From assembly GCA_045540335.1 (NCBI GenBank), contig JAZQHC010000045.1, positions 85,108-149,107 of the forward strand: DNA of 64,000 bases, read 5' to 3'. Source of the DNA: Eubacteriales bacterium (GTDB lineage Bacteria > Bacillota > Clostridia > Oscillospirales > CAG-272). Made by a program: the position numbers and the translations under genes. Each line of letters begins with the position of its first letter. Position 1 is the stretch's first letter. Shown piece after piece: positions 30,615 to 40,045 of the stretch. Below the pieces are notes generated by a model that had not been told where the DNA came from, did not search any database, and saw only the letters and a list, made by a program, of their open reading frames with translations.

Positions 30615-31295
30615 TTACTGTTCTGTATAGTTGATAATAGATTGGAAAACACGCAGGTGAAGATCAAATTCTTTTTGAACTTCTTCCTTTCCCTTTAAGG
30701 TGGATATTGCACTGCCTGATGTGTTTGCACGTAAGCATAATATCATATCGTCACGGTAATTTGCAAAGCAGGCAAAACTGTTTCCGAATTCCGTTTTTTT
30801 GATAGAAATACCATGCGAATCAGCCCCTTGCGGAACATTTTTCAAAACATCGGATAATTTTGATAAAGCACCTGTGGACTTAATTTTATCGTACTGCTCC
30901 TTATCAATTATATAGATGTACGAATCACCTACTGCGATTTCGTTATTCAATAATTTTACAGCATCGCTGTTTGAAGTAGCGGATACGAACATATCGTGTT
31001 TTTTGCTTTCGGTGAAAAGTTCTTTGTTAAGATAAACTATATCTCTTACAGAAACCTCTTTTACTTCTTTTTTTAATTCATCATCAAGCGTTGCTAAAAC
31101 GGCGTTTTCGATAGATGATAACCCGTCTGTTGTGTGGGATATCGGGCCAAGATATGTAATGTATATATCATAGTCCGTTTTTGTGATAGCTTGGAATACT
31201 ATTATAAATGCAAGCAGCAGTATAAATGCGCCGACTATAAAATGCATTTTATAATAATATCCGTACTCTTTAAACCAATTGATTATCTTTTTCAA
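30615..31295 (-). CDS. Membrane-anchored hypothetical protein, YdjH-like partner of the upstream SPFH gene
   Basis: The 226-aa product has a single N-terminal transmembrane segment and lies immediately downstream of the SPFH/zinc-ribbon gene, on the same strand. Confidence 0.4.
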   Translation of the reverse strand: MKKIINWFKEYGYYYKMHFIVGAFILLLAFIIVFQAITKTDYDIYITYLGPISHTTDGLSSIENAVLATLDDELKKEVKEVSVRDIVYLNKELFTESKKHDMFVSATSNSDAVKLLNNEIAVGDSYIYIIDKEQYDKIKSTGALSKLSDVLKNVPQGADSHGISIKKTEFGNSFACFANYRDDMILCLRANTSGSAISTLKGKEEVQKEFDLHLRVFQSIINYTEQ

Positions 31296-31306
31296 TTTAC
31301 CTTATA

Positions 31307-32695
31307 TTACTTTATATCAGAATCATCAAATGTGTCGCCGCATTCAGGGCAGAATTTCGGGGGATTTGCGGGATCGGCAGGTTCCCAACCGCATTTATCA
31401 CAACGGTAAAGCCTTTCGCCTGCAGGTTTTTTAGCACCGCATTCAGGACAGAATTTCCCCTTATTTACTGCACCGCAAGCGCAAGTCCAACCTTCAGCAG
31501 GCTTTTTAGCACCGCATTCCATGCAGAAATTACCGGTAGCTTCTGCGCCGCAAGCGCATTTCCAAGTATTTGCATTTTTTACTTCAGGCTTTTTAGCACC
31601 GCATTCAGGGCAGAATTTACCCGTTGCTGTTGCGCCGCAAGCACATTTCCAACCATCGGCAGGCTTTTGTGCCGGTTGTATGGGTTGTTGTTGACCCATA
31701 GAATAAAGATTTTGTGCGTTCATGCCGCCGTTAGCCATAGCCATGTTCATACCCATAAAGCCCATCATTGCACCGTTTTCGTTAGCGGCAGCGGTTTTCA
31801 TAGCATCAACCTGACCGCCTACCAAGCGTGCAGCAGCAACATTGGGGTTAAGCGTCATAGCGTTTTCTTCCCATTCGGTGATCTTTTCGCGCTGTTTTTC
31901 GGGAATGGAAGGTACACCAAGGTTCATAGAGAACACCTCTATACCTCTTTTACCCCATTTTTCAACAAGCTGTTTGTTCAATGCATCAGCCAATTCCGTA
32001 GCGTGTGCGGGAATTTGATCGTAGAATACGCCGTTTGCAGACAATACAGCAAGTGCAGGCTGAAGTTCTGCAATAAGCTCGCCCTTCAACATACTGTCGA
32101 TTTTGTCGCGCGTATAATCAGATTCTACGTTACCGCATACGTTCGTATAGAATTTAAGCGGGTCTGCAATTTTGTAAGAATAAATACCGTTACAACGCAA
32201 ATCTACCGACATTTTAAAGCCAAGTTCTTCGTTGATAACTACGCGGAAAGGCACAGGGTTAGGTGTACCGAATTTATTATCGGGAATTTCTTTTAAGTTG
32301 AAATAATATATTCTTTGGTCCTTTCCCGTATCGCCGCCGTAGGTAAATCTTTTACCAATAGCTTTGAATGTTTCGAGAATGCTTGTACCCAAAGAGCCTG
32401 CGAAGATGCTGGGCTCTGTTGAAGAATCGTATGTAAATTCGCCGGGTTCAGCGCAAAATTCAACAACCTTTCCCTGCTCTACTATAATCATACATTGACC
32501 GTCTGCGATAGCAACACCGGAACCGTTGGAAATAATGTTTTCTTCGCCTTTTGTATTAGAAGAACGCGAAGATGTACGTTTTTGACCTTTTGTAACGAGA
32601 ACGTCTGCTGCAAGTGCATCGCAGTAAAAGAACTCTTTCCATTGGTCGGCAAGTACACCGCCGGCTGCGCCTGAAATAGCTTTAATAAGTCCCAT
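31307..32695 (-). CDS. SPFH (band-7)-like domain protein of the YdjI family with four tandem C-terminal zinc-ribbon repeats
   Basis: The N-terminus MGLIKAISGAAGGVLADQWKEFF resembles B. subtilis YdjI. The C-terminus has three near-identical units of W-x-C-A-C-G-A-x-x-x-G-x-F-C-x-E-C-G-A-K-K-P plus one degenerate unit. These show up as DNA tandem repeats at about 31320-31700. Confidence 0.6.
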   Translation of the reverse strand: MGLIKAISGAAGGVLADQWKEFFYCDALAADVLVTKGQKRTSSRSSNTKGEENIISNGSGVAIADGQCMIIVEQGKVVEFCAEPGEFTYDSSTEPSIFAGSLGTSILETFKAIGKRFTYGGDTGKDQRIYYFNLKEIPDNKFGTPNPVPFRVVINEELGFKMSVDLRCNGIYSYKIADPLKFYTNVCGNVESDYTRDKIDSMLKGELIAELQPALAVLSANGVFYDQIPAHATELADALNKQLVEKWGKRGIEVFSMNLGVPSIPEKQREKITEWEENAMTLNPNVAAARLVGGQVDAMKTAAANENGAMMGFMGMNMAMANGGMNAQNLYSMGQQQPIQPAQKPADGWKCACGATATGKFCPECGAKKPEVKNANTWKCACGAEATGNFCMECGAKKPAEGWTCACGAVNKGKFCPECGAKKPAGERLYRCDKCGWEPADPANPPKFCPECGDTFDDSDIK

Positions 32696-32753
32696 AAAAA
32701 ATCATTCCTTTCTGTAAACAAAAATGTATTAAATCAGTATAACTGCTTTAAAC

Positions 32754-33044
32754 TTAATTATCGTTATTCGGATGTATGTTTTTAGATGAATTGGAATAAG
32801 GGTTTTTGTTTTTCTTTACTTCTATAGGTGCGTTGCTGCAACGGTTTGCCCAACGTAAAATAAGCATAGAAACAATTTGCAAAAGTATCCATGCGGCTAA
32901 AGCGCCTACAAACCACCATATAGATATGTCAAATATAAAATGGCATATCAACAGTATCCAAGCGGGAACAGAACCCTCGAAATTAAATATCAAATTCAGT
33001 ATTAAGCAGAAAATAAAATTGCCGGTGTTCCTTGTTTTTCTCAT
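32754..33044 (-). CDS. Small hypothetical membrane protein, 96 aa
   Basis: It is an ORF with two hydrophobic segments and no recognisable family. Confidence 0.25.
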   Translation of the reverse strand: MRKTRNTGNFIFCLILNLIFNFEGSVPAWILLICHFIFDISIWWFVGALAAWILLQIVSMLILRWANRCSNAPIEVKKNKNPYSNSSKNIHPNNDN

Positions 33045-33189
33045 TTTATCCCCTTATGTAACATCATCCGACTGTATTATAATACTTTTTTGCAATTTTG
33101 TCAATAGTATCGGCAGTATTGTGAATTACCCAACTACGATATTATAAATATGCTTTCGAAGAACAAAAAAGCCCGGGGAAAACTGAATT

Positions 33190-33700
33190 TTCATTTTACT
33201 GACTAGTTATCAATTTTTTGATATTTTTCAAATAATATCAATAATCCCAAAAATGTTATTAAGGAAGCAATTCCCATATCAGCCATGTTCAAGGCGTTTA
33301 CAACCTTGGTATTCGGCAATAACATGGCAATAATCGGGATAAGTACCTTTGATGTTAGAGGATTAAATATAACTGCCCATTTTGGAAAATTGTTTTACCT
33401 GCCATTATAGGAAATGCTATCGCAACTGCCATGGCAGTATATACTGTCATAGATACTGTGCTGAATGGTAAGACAAGCCATAACGTAAAAATCAATGATA
33501 TTTTGCGGTATTGCTGATACAGCACTTGAACATTCCATTTTACATATATACATAAGGGCAACACAAACGACGTGAATGGTTGCACCACCAAAAGCAATTG
33601 CTTTTGCACCGATTTCTGTTAGTTTAGCGCATTTTTGGCAGTTACTTTTAGAAATAATATCTAATATTGCAGTGATACAATAATTCCAAACAGAAAACAT
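33190..33700 (-). pseudogene. Possible frameshifted remnant of a small multi-pass membrane-protein or transporter gene
   Basis: Three overlapping minus-strand frames each encode hydrophobic segments. Examples are ...LIFTLWLVLPFSTVSMTVYTAMAVAIAFPIMAGK and KWAVIFNPLTSKVLIPIIAMLLPNTKVVNALNMADMGIASLITFLGLLILF. They can be joined only by assuming frameshifts near about 33560 and about 33370. Confidence 0.3.
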
Positions 33701-33789
33701 TTTTTTATTGTTTTGAATTCCTCGCCGTCATATTTTACCCTTTTTTAATTTTTATTTTACATAAATATTATACCTTTAAAACGTGAATT

Positions 33790-33839
33790 TTTCAATAAAA
33801 AAAAACACTTTTGTTTAATCAACAAAAGTGTTTTACCAG
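33790..33839 (-). terminator. Intrinsic terminator downstream of tRNA-Glu
   Basis: On the minus strand the sequence is aaaACACTTTTGTTgattaaACAAAAGTGTttttttttt. Confidence 0.7.
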
Positions 33840-33915
33840 TGGTGACCCGTAGGGGATTCGAACCCCTGTTGCCGCCGTGAGAGGGCGGAGTCTTAGGCCA
33901 CTTGACCAACGGGCC
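33840..33915 (-). tRNA. tRNA-Glu with anticodon CUC
   Basis: Minus-strand sequence is GGCCCGTTGGTCAAGTGGCCTAAGACTCCGCCCTCTCACGGCGGCAACAGGGGTTCGAATCCCCTACGGGTCACCA. It has a 7-bp acceptor stem, a GTTCGAATC T-loop and an encoded CCA. The anticodon loop is CU-CUC-AC. It is nearly identical to Bacillus tRNA-Glu(UUC) apart from the anticodon. Confidence 0.8.
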
Positions 33916-34007
33916 TTGTCACTGTTTGTAAGTATATCACAAACAGTGCAAAAATGCAATACTTTTTATAAAAAAATATTCCTTATTTTTTCAACTTGTG
34001 CTAAATA

Positions 34008-36302
34008 TTAAGACATTTTCGACATTTGCCTTTGTGCCATAACGAGGTTATAGTATATACCTTTTTTCTTCAAAAGTTCTTCATGTGTGCCGACTTCTGT
34101 GATAGTACCGTTATCAATAACAACAAGTCTTGTGGCATTGCGCAATGTAGAAAGACGGTGAGCAATGGCAAGCGTTGTTCTGTCTTTAATAAGCATCTGC
34201 AACGCATCTTGTATGCTTTTTTCCGTTTCGGTATCAAGAGAAGCCGTTGCTTCGTCTAATATAAGAATACGCGGATCTCGAAGTAATGCACGTGCGATTG
34301 CCACGCGTTGCCTTTCCCCGCCGGAAAGTGTATGACCACGTTCGCCAACGCGCGTATTATACGCATCCGGTAATTTTACGATAAAATCGTGTGCGCCTGC
34401 CAATTTTGCGGCTTCTATAACTTCTTCTTTCGTACATCCCGGCTTTGCATATGCAATATTATTGTATATACTACCGGAGAACAAAAACGTTTCTTGCAAT
34501 ACTGCACCTATTTGTGAACGCAAAGAATGTTGTGAAATGCTGCGGATATCGGTTCCGTCTATCTCAATTGATCCGTCGCCAACATCGTAAAGACGCATAA
34601 CAAGGTTTATCAAGGTAGATTTCCCCACGCCTGAACGCCCAACTATACCTATCATATCCCCCGGATTGATAGTAAGATTGATTTTTTTCAACACATCGCC
34701 CGTTTCGTCATATCCGAAAGAAGCGTTTTTGAACTCTATCTTACCGTGGATATCAATATCTGCAGCATTATCTTTATCGGCGACGTCAACCTTTTCGTCT
34801 AAAACATCGAAAATTTTAACCAATGAAGTGTATGTTCTTATGAGAATACGCGGCAAACCTGCTATCCAGTGTATCGGGCCGTAGATATATGAAACGTATG
34901 AAGAAAATTTTGATGCTTCGCCGTATGTCATCGTACCGTCAAGCATATTTGTTGCAGTATAATAAAGCAAGAAAAAGGTTCCGATATTAAGTATAAATCC
35001 CAAAAAAGGATGTATTAAACAATACAGGGTTTCGTTTCTGATTTGAAGATCTCGTTCTTTCTTTATAGCTTCGTCGTATCGTGCGTGTTCTTTTTCTTCT
35101 GTGCCATAAGATTTAACAACGCGTATTCCTGAAAAAATATCAAACAGAACGCTTGACGCTTTAGAACCTGCTTCCCACTGCTTGTGATATATTTTATGCG
35201 TAAATCCCCAAAATCTTCGCATAGCAACAGCGGCAATCGGAACGGGTATGATTATAGCCAACGCAAGACGCCAGTCATATACGAAAAGAATAGCTCCTAT
35301 TGATATTAAAAGGAATACTTGGTTTAAAATATTTGGAAGCTGTCCGGAAATAAAGTTTTCAACCTGTGCAGCATCTGTGGTTACGCGGCGTATCAATTCG
35401 CCCGTGGTGCGCTTTGATACAGAAGCCAGCGACATTTCCTGAATCTTATCAAATACGGTTTTACGCAGCGTTACTATAAGCTTTGAACCTATATGAAGCA
35501 TCGTTAAGTTTCGTATAACGCCAACCACGTACTGTAATATATAAGCCCCAAGCATAGATAAAACAACGAGGATAAACAAGAAAAACACTTGCTTTCCGTT
35601 GCCTGCGGCGATTGAATTATGTATATCCGTGTTTTCTATATAGTCATCTACAAGTATCTGATTAATGTATGGAAACAACAAATTTACTGCCATTGTAGCG
35701 AAAAATAAAACAGAAGCTAACAGTAGGCGAAACTTGAATGGCTTTATCCAATCCCAAACGCGTTTAAAAAGCGCTTTTTTATCTACGCATGACATGCAAA
35801 CACTGGAATTGCGCGGATATGCTGCACCGCATTTGGGGCAAGTGCGATGTTGCAGGTTTATATCCTCAAAAGGAAAAGCCCCGGTTTCTTTACGGTTATT
35901 AAGAACCCTTACCGCCCTTGAAAAAAGATCGGCACTGTTCATTTTACCGCGGCAAATATTAAAGTATTCACCGTTTATTTTGTATTCTATCGCGCATACA
36001 CCAACGTAAGAATTGTATCTGAATTCATCAGGTTGATCATATTGCAGGTTAACCGTTTCCTCGCCGTTTTCAAATGCGCGCAGACGCACATCAGTTATAA
36101 CGATTACCCCGTCGCTTTTATTATTATTACTGTCATATTCAAAAGAAAATACCGAAATTACGTGTTCCTTTTCAAAATCAATTGCTTCGGTGGGAAGCTT
36201 TTTTAAAAGATTTCTTTTTCTTTGCTCGGAAGAGATCGGTATTGGCTTTTTTCTTATCTTGCGATATACTTTAGAAAATAAAGATCGTATTTTTTTCAAC
36301 AT
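34008..36302 (-). CDS. ABC exporter half-transporter (TMD plus NBD) with a roughly 190-aa N-terminal cytoplasmic domain ending in a zinc ribbon
   Basis: Walker A GRSGVGKST, the signature LSGGERQRVAIARAL, Walker B ILILDEAT and six transmembrane helices are present. The N-terminal extension contains CPKCGAAYPRNSSVCMSC. Confidence 0.8.
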   Translation of the reverse strand: MLKKIRSLFSKVYRKIRKKPIPISSEQRKRNLLKKLPTEAIDFEKEHVISVFSFEYDSNNNKSDGVIVITDVRLRAFENGEETVNLQYDQPDEFRYNSYVGVCAIEYKINGEYFNICRGKMNSADLFSRAVRVLNNRKETGAFPFEDINLQHRTCPKCGAAYPRNSSVCMSCVDKKALFKRVWDWIKPFKFRLLLASVLFFATMAVNLLFPYINQILVDDYIENTDIHNSIAAGNGKQVFFLFILVVLSMLGAYILQYVVGVIRNLTMLHIGSKLIVTLRKTVFDKIQEMSLASVSKRTTGELIRRVTTDAAQVENFISGQLPNILNQVFLLISIGAILFVYDWRLALAIIIPVPIAAVAMRRFWGFTHKIYHKQWEAGSKASSVLFDIFSGIRVVKSYGTEEKEHARYDEAIKKERDLQIRNETLYCLIHPFLGFILNIGTFFLLYYTATNMLDGTMTYGEASKFSSYVSYIYGPIHWIAGLPRILIRTYTSLVKIFDVLDEKVDVADKDNAADIDIHGKIEFKNASFGYDETGDVLKKINLTINPGDMIGIVGRSGVGKSTLINLVMRLYDVGDGSIEIDGTDIRSISQHSLRSQIGAVLQETFLFSGSIYNNIAYAKPGCTKEEVIEAAKLAGAHDFIVKLPDAYNTRVGERGHTLSGGERQRVAIARALLRDPRILILDEATASLDTETEKSIQDALQMLIKDRTTLAIAHRLSTLRNATRLVVIDNGTITEVGTHEELLKKKGIYYNLVMAQRQMSKMS

Positions 36303-36856
36303 TATATGTATAGCTCCATAGCCTTGCGGCTTTTTTTATCTAAAGCTGAAAACTTTTCTATTTCGTATCTGTTTCCGTCAACATCACAAATAAACATTCT
36401 GTCATCACCGATTTTGGTTATGCTTTTTGAAGTGTCGTGCAAGGTAAAGGAAATGCTTCCCCGTTCGCTTTCTGCTTTCCAATATGAAAAACCGTATTTT
36501 TCTTTAATGGAATTGATTTTTGTCAATTTGATAATGAAGTATTTCCTTTTAAGCTCTGAAGAAAGTATGGAAACTGTTTTTTCATCAAATAAATTGATAT
36601 CGGTAATTATGCCTATTTCTGAGTTTTCTTCATCAAGAACGGAAATATATTTATCAAAGCAGTCATACGGGAAATTTCTTTGCAGAAATACCCTTTTATA
36701 TTCTACCTCTTTTTCGCTGTAAACGTAGTTTTCATCCGGTTTTAAAACTGTACCTTTAAAAGAGATAAAACTGTTTTTTTCATTAAAAGAGGCGTTTTTC
36801 GGGGTAAGATACGTAACCTTTACCACGTCTTTTAAATTTACTTTATTTTCTTCCAT
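36302..36856 (-). CDS. Soluble 184-aa protein encoded between the two ABC genes (DUF1854-like, from memory)
   Basis: It is translationally coupled at both ends: its start overlaps the upstream stop, and its stop overlaps the downstream start by 1 nt. No other motif was recognised. Confidence 0.45.
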   Translation of the reverse strand: MEENKVNLKDVVKVTYLTPKNASFNEKNSFISFKGTVLKPDENYVYSEKEVEYKRVFLQRNFPYDCFDKYISVLDEENSEIGIITDINLFDEKTVSILSSELKRKYFIIKLTKINSIKEKYGFSYWKAESERGSISFTLHDTSKSITKIGDDRMFICDVDGNRYEIEKFSALDKKSRKAMELYI

Positions 36857-39141
36857 TATTCTTCTATCCCTATATTTTTCAATGCTTCCATTTGAAGCTT
36901 GTATAATTTGTGATAAATACCTTTTTGGGCAAGAAGCTCGCGGTGCGTACCGTGTTCAGCCATTTTGCCGTTTTCTATAACTATAAGCTTATCTGCATCA
37001 CGCAATGTTGAAAGGCGATGCGCTATCATTATCGTCGTTCTACCCTTGGTAAGAAGATTAAGCGCGTATTGAATTCGTCGTTCAGTTTCGGTATCCATAG
37101 CAGCAGTTGCTTCATCCATTATAAGTATTTTCGGATTCTTCAAAATAGCTCTGGCTATTGAAACTCTTTGCCGTTCCCCGCCTGACAGATCTTTATATCC
37201 GAAGCCTATTTTTGTTTCATATGCATCGGGTAACTTGATTATAAAATCGTGTGCCCCTGCAATTTTAGCGGCTGTTATTACCTCGTCATACGTTGCATCA
37301 GGCTTTGCGTATCTTATGTTTTCCAATATAGTACCAACAAAAAGATATGTTTCTTGTGATACTATTGCTATGTTGCTTCTGATATCCTCAAATGCAATAT
37401 CTTTAACGTTTATACCGTCTATCAATATTTCGCCTGCGGTAACGTCGTATAAGCGTATCAGCAAGTTTGCAAGGGTGCTTTTTCCCGCACCGGTATGCCC
37501 TACAATACCTATAACGCCGCCCGGTTCAATATCAAAACTGATGCCATCGATAATTTTTCTATCTTTATTATAAGAAAATTCAACGTTTTTAAATTCAATT
37601 TTTCCTTGAACGTTTGGTAAACGTATCGGATTTTCCGCTTCGCTTACTTCGGGTTCTGTATCCGCAATTTCAAACAAACGTTGCATGGCATTTGTGCATT
37701 CCGAAAAGGAGTACGACATATCAACAAAAGAAAATAAAGGTGAGGTAAGCATACCCACATATGATATAAACGTTACCAGCGTACCGTAATCCATATCACC
37801 GCTTTGCGACATTATCATCCAACCGCCAAAAGCCCAAACGATAATATTACTTAAATACATTACTATGTTTATAGCAGGAAGAACTGAGTTGTTGAAGTAC
37901 GTTGTACGCTTTAGAGAATTTGCCAAATTCTGAGAACGTTCGTTAAACCGTTGGCTTTCAACATCTTCCCTTGCGAATGCTTTCACAACTCTTACGCCGG
38001 ATAAGGAATCCGCAAGTGTTGCACTCATCGCCTTGGCGGCTGCATATCGTTTAAAATGCAGGGTTCGTAATTTTGATTGAACGCGTGAAAGCAAAAACAA
38101 AAACAAAGGTAATGTAATTATAGAATACAGGGCTAACGGTGCGTTCATGCACAGCATTATAATGGCAATGGCAATTACTTGTATAACGTTTATAAGATAG
38201 TAAGGAACACCGTCAACGAACAACCAATAAATACTATTAGCGTCGTTATTTATTTGCGACATCAAGCCACCCGTTTGTCTGGCGGTGAAAAACGACATGG
38301 ATAATCTTCCTATCGACTTGAATATCGTATTTTTTAAATCATATATAACCTTACCTGATATTTTCGCCGTGGCTATTCCCGTAACCATACTTACAAACAT
38401 TTTCAAAACGGTGGTAAGGACTACCAAAAATAAAACAAGAAAAATATTACCGTAAAATTCCCCGCCCGCTTCAAGAACTTTGTTATATAAAAAAGACGAA
38501 GAAATATACGGAGATATAACACTTAAAGCACTTGTTGCAATAAGCGAAAGCAAGATTACAATTATGTAAGCGCGGTAGCCCTTTGTAAATTCATAAAGCC
38601 GTAAAAGCAATTTCTTTTTGTCCATGCAATGCGGGCAAACCTTTCTGTTTGCATCGGGATAGCGGTTATTGCATTTGGGACAAAAACGTTCGTTTTTAAA
38701 ATCCTTTTCGTTTGCTATTACTTCGCCCTTTTCTTTATAGATTCCGAAATATTTAACGAAAAGTCTGACATCCTCTTTAGAAGAGTTTGTAAGGAAAAAT
38801 AACGGTATCGTTTCACCTTGGTATTCAGCACTTACAACCGCAGAAGAAATATATTCTTCAACCTTTAATTTATCAAGGCTTTCTAAATTATATGCCTCTA
38901 CATTATTGGTTGAAAAAACAAGCTTGGGCTTTTTTCCCGAAGGTTTCATTGTACCTTCTGTGAATGTGAAAATGCCGTTTACAACATATAATTCCTTTGA
39001 TGTAAGCAAAAGAAGCGTATCGCCTTTAACGCATTCGGCTTGCATATCGGTTGAAGCGAAAAGAACAATGTCGTTTTTATCAATTTTCAGATTATCAACT
39101 ACAACGTCTGTTTCGCTTTTATATTTTGAAATTTCAAGCAA
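36856..39141 (-). CDS. ABC exporter half-transporter, paralog of the 34008-36302 gene, with an N-terminal cytoplasmic domain plus zinc ribbon
   Basis: Walker A GHTGAGKST, signature LSGGERQRVSIARAI and Walker B ILIMDEAT are present. The N-terminal extension contains CPKCNNRYPDANRKVCPHC. Confidence 0.8.
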   Translation of the reverse strand: MLEISKYKSETDVVVDNLKIDKNDIVLFASTDMQAECVKGDTLLLLTSKELYVVNGIFTFTEGTMKPSGKKPKLVFSTNNVEAYNLESLDKLKVEEYISSAVVSAEYQGETIPLFFLTNSSKEDVRLFVKYFGIYKEKGEVIANEKDFKNERFCPKCNNRYPDANRKVCPHCMDKKKLLLRLYEFTKGYRAYIIVILLSLIATSALSVISPYISSSFLYNKVLEAGGEFYGNIFLVLFLVVLTTVLKMFVSMVTGIATAKISGKVIYDLKNTIFKSIGRLSMSFFTARQTGGLMSQINNDANSIYWLFVDGVPYYLINVIQVIAIAIIMLCMNAPLALYSIITLPLFLFLLSRVQSKLRTLHFKRYAAAKAMSATLADSLSGVRVVKAFAREDVESQRFNERSQNLANSLKRTTYFNNSVLPAINIVMYLSNIIVWAFGGWMIMSQSGDMDYGTLVTFISYVGMLTSPLFSFVDMSYSFSECTNAMQRLFEIADTEPEVSEAENPIRLPNVQGKIEFKNVEFSYNKDRKIIDGISFDIEPGGVIGIVGHTGAGKSTLANLLIRLYDVTAGEILIDGINVKDIAFEDIRSNIAIVSQETYLFVGTILENIRYAKPDATYDEVITAAKIAGAHDFIIKLPDAYETKIGFGYKDLSGGERQRVSIARAILKNPKILIMDEATAAMDTETERRIQYALNLLTKGRTTIMIAHRLSTLRDADKLIVIENGKMAEHGTHRELLAQKGIYHKLYKLQMEALKNIGIEE

Positions 39142-39163
39142 TTTATATCACCGCTTTTCACGT

Positions 39164-40045
39164 TTAATTCTCTATTTGTTTCGTAAGATAAAGACCTAAA
39201 TCGTATAAATAAGAAAGTCTAAAGGGTATCATATCATCGGGAATGTTGGATAAAAACTCGTCTGCTTCGAAATTGAATGTACCCGAATAGTTTATTTCAT
39301 CTAATGCTTGGCAAACGCTTTTCCAATCAATATTTTTTTCGAATGGCGCTGTATGGCAATCTGTAATACCGTCGTTATCGTGCAGATGAATAACTTCCAC
39401 CCTTTTTTGAAGTATTTTAATCATCTGTTCAGGTGGTTGTTTTGTTAAATGGGCATGACCGATATCAAGGCAATTACAAAAGCAATCGCCAAGTGTGTCC
39501 GAAACATATGCAAGATCCTTCGGAAAAGAACATACCGTAGGACATATTTCGCCTGTATCTGTATCCCTGCTGTATATATTTTCTATCGCACCTTTTATAC
39601 CGGTTTCTTTTAATATTGGAATAAAATCGGAAAAATGCTGTATCGTAAGCTCTGCCCCGCGTTGCATATCATCTTCACCAATTCTACCCGGAATAACAGC
39701 AGGGTGGAAAACTACATATTCAGCGCCAAGATACGCGCTGGCATATATAGCACTTACGGTATTTTCTTTTAAAACCTTTAATTTTTCTTTATCAAAAGAA
39801 TACATAGGCATAGGGGCGTGTGTTTGGTGTATTTCTATGCCTATATTTTTTGCAAAAATACCCAATTCTTTATAATATTGGAAAAAAACTTTATCACGGG
39901 ATTTGAATATTTGCGGCGCACCGTATTTGAAGCCCGAATAATCTACCGCTTCAAAACCGGCTTGATTAAGTAGATTTAAAGCGGCATTTTCACCAAATCT
40001 TCTCGATAATGCGCCAGTTGTCATGCTTATTTTCATTTTTTTCAT
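39164..40045 (-). CDS. Sugar-phosphate isomerase/epimerase (xylose-isomerase-like TIM barrel, AP endonuclease 2 family)
   Basis: The metal-binding pattern is HQTHAP, FHPA and EVIHLHDNDG. Confidence 0.65.
   Translation of the reverse strand: MKKMKISMTTGALSRRFGENAALNLLNQAGFEAVDYSGFKYGAPQIFKSRDKVFFQYYKELGIFAKNIGIEIHQTHAPMPMYSFDKEKLKVLKENTVSAIYASAYLGAEYVVFHPAVIPGRIGEDDMQRGAELTIQHFSDFIPILKETGIKGAIENIYSRDTDTGEICPTVCSFPKDLAYVSDTLGDCFCNCLDIGHAHLTKQPPEQMIKILQKRVEVIHLHDNDGITDCHTAPFEKNIDWKSVCQALDEINYSGTFNFEADEFLSNIPDDMIPFRLSYLYDLGLYLTKQIEN

Noticed and set aside
33701-33790. A riboswitch (for example preQ1 or THF) between the tRNA-Glu terminator and the degraded membrane gene
   Set aside because: The roughly 65-nt leader (AUUUAUGUAAAAUAAAAAUUAAAAAAGGGUAAAAUAUGACGGCGAGGAAUUC...) does not match riboswitch consensus sequences I can recall. 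No convincing structure was found.
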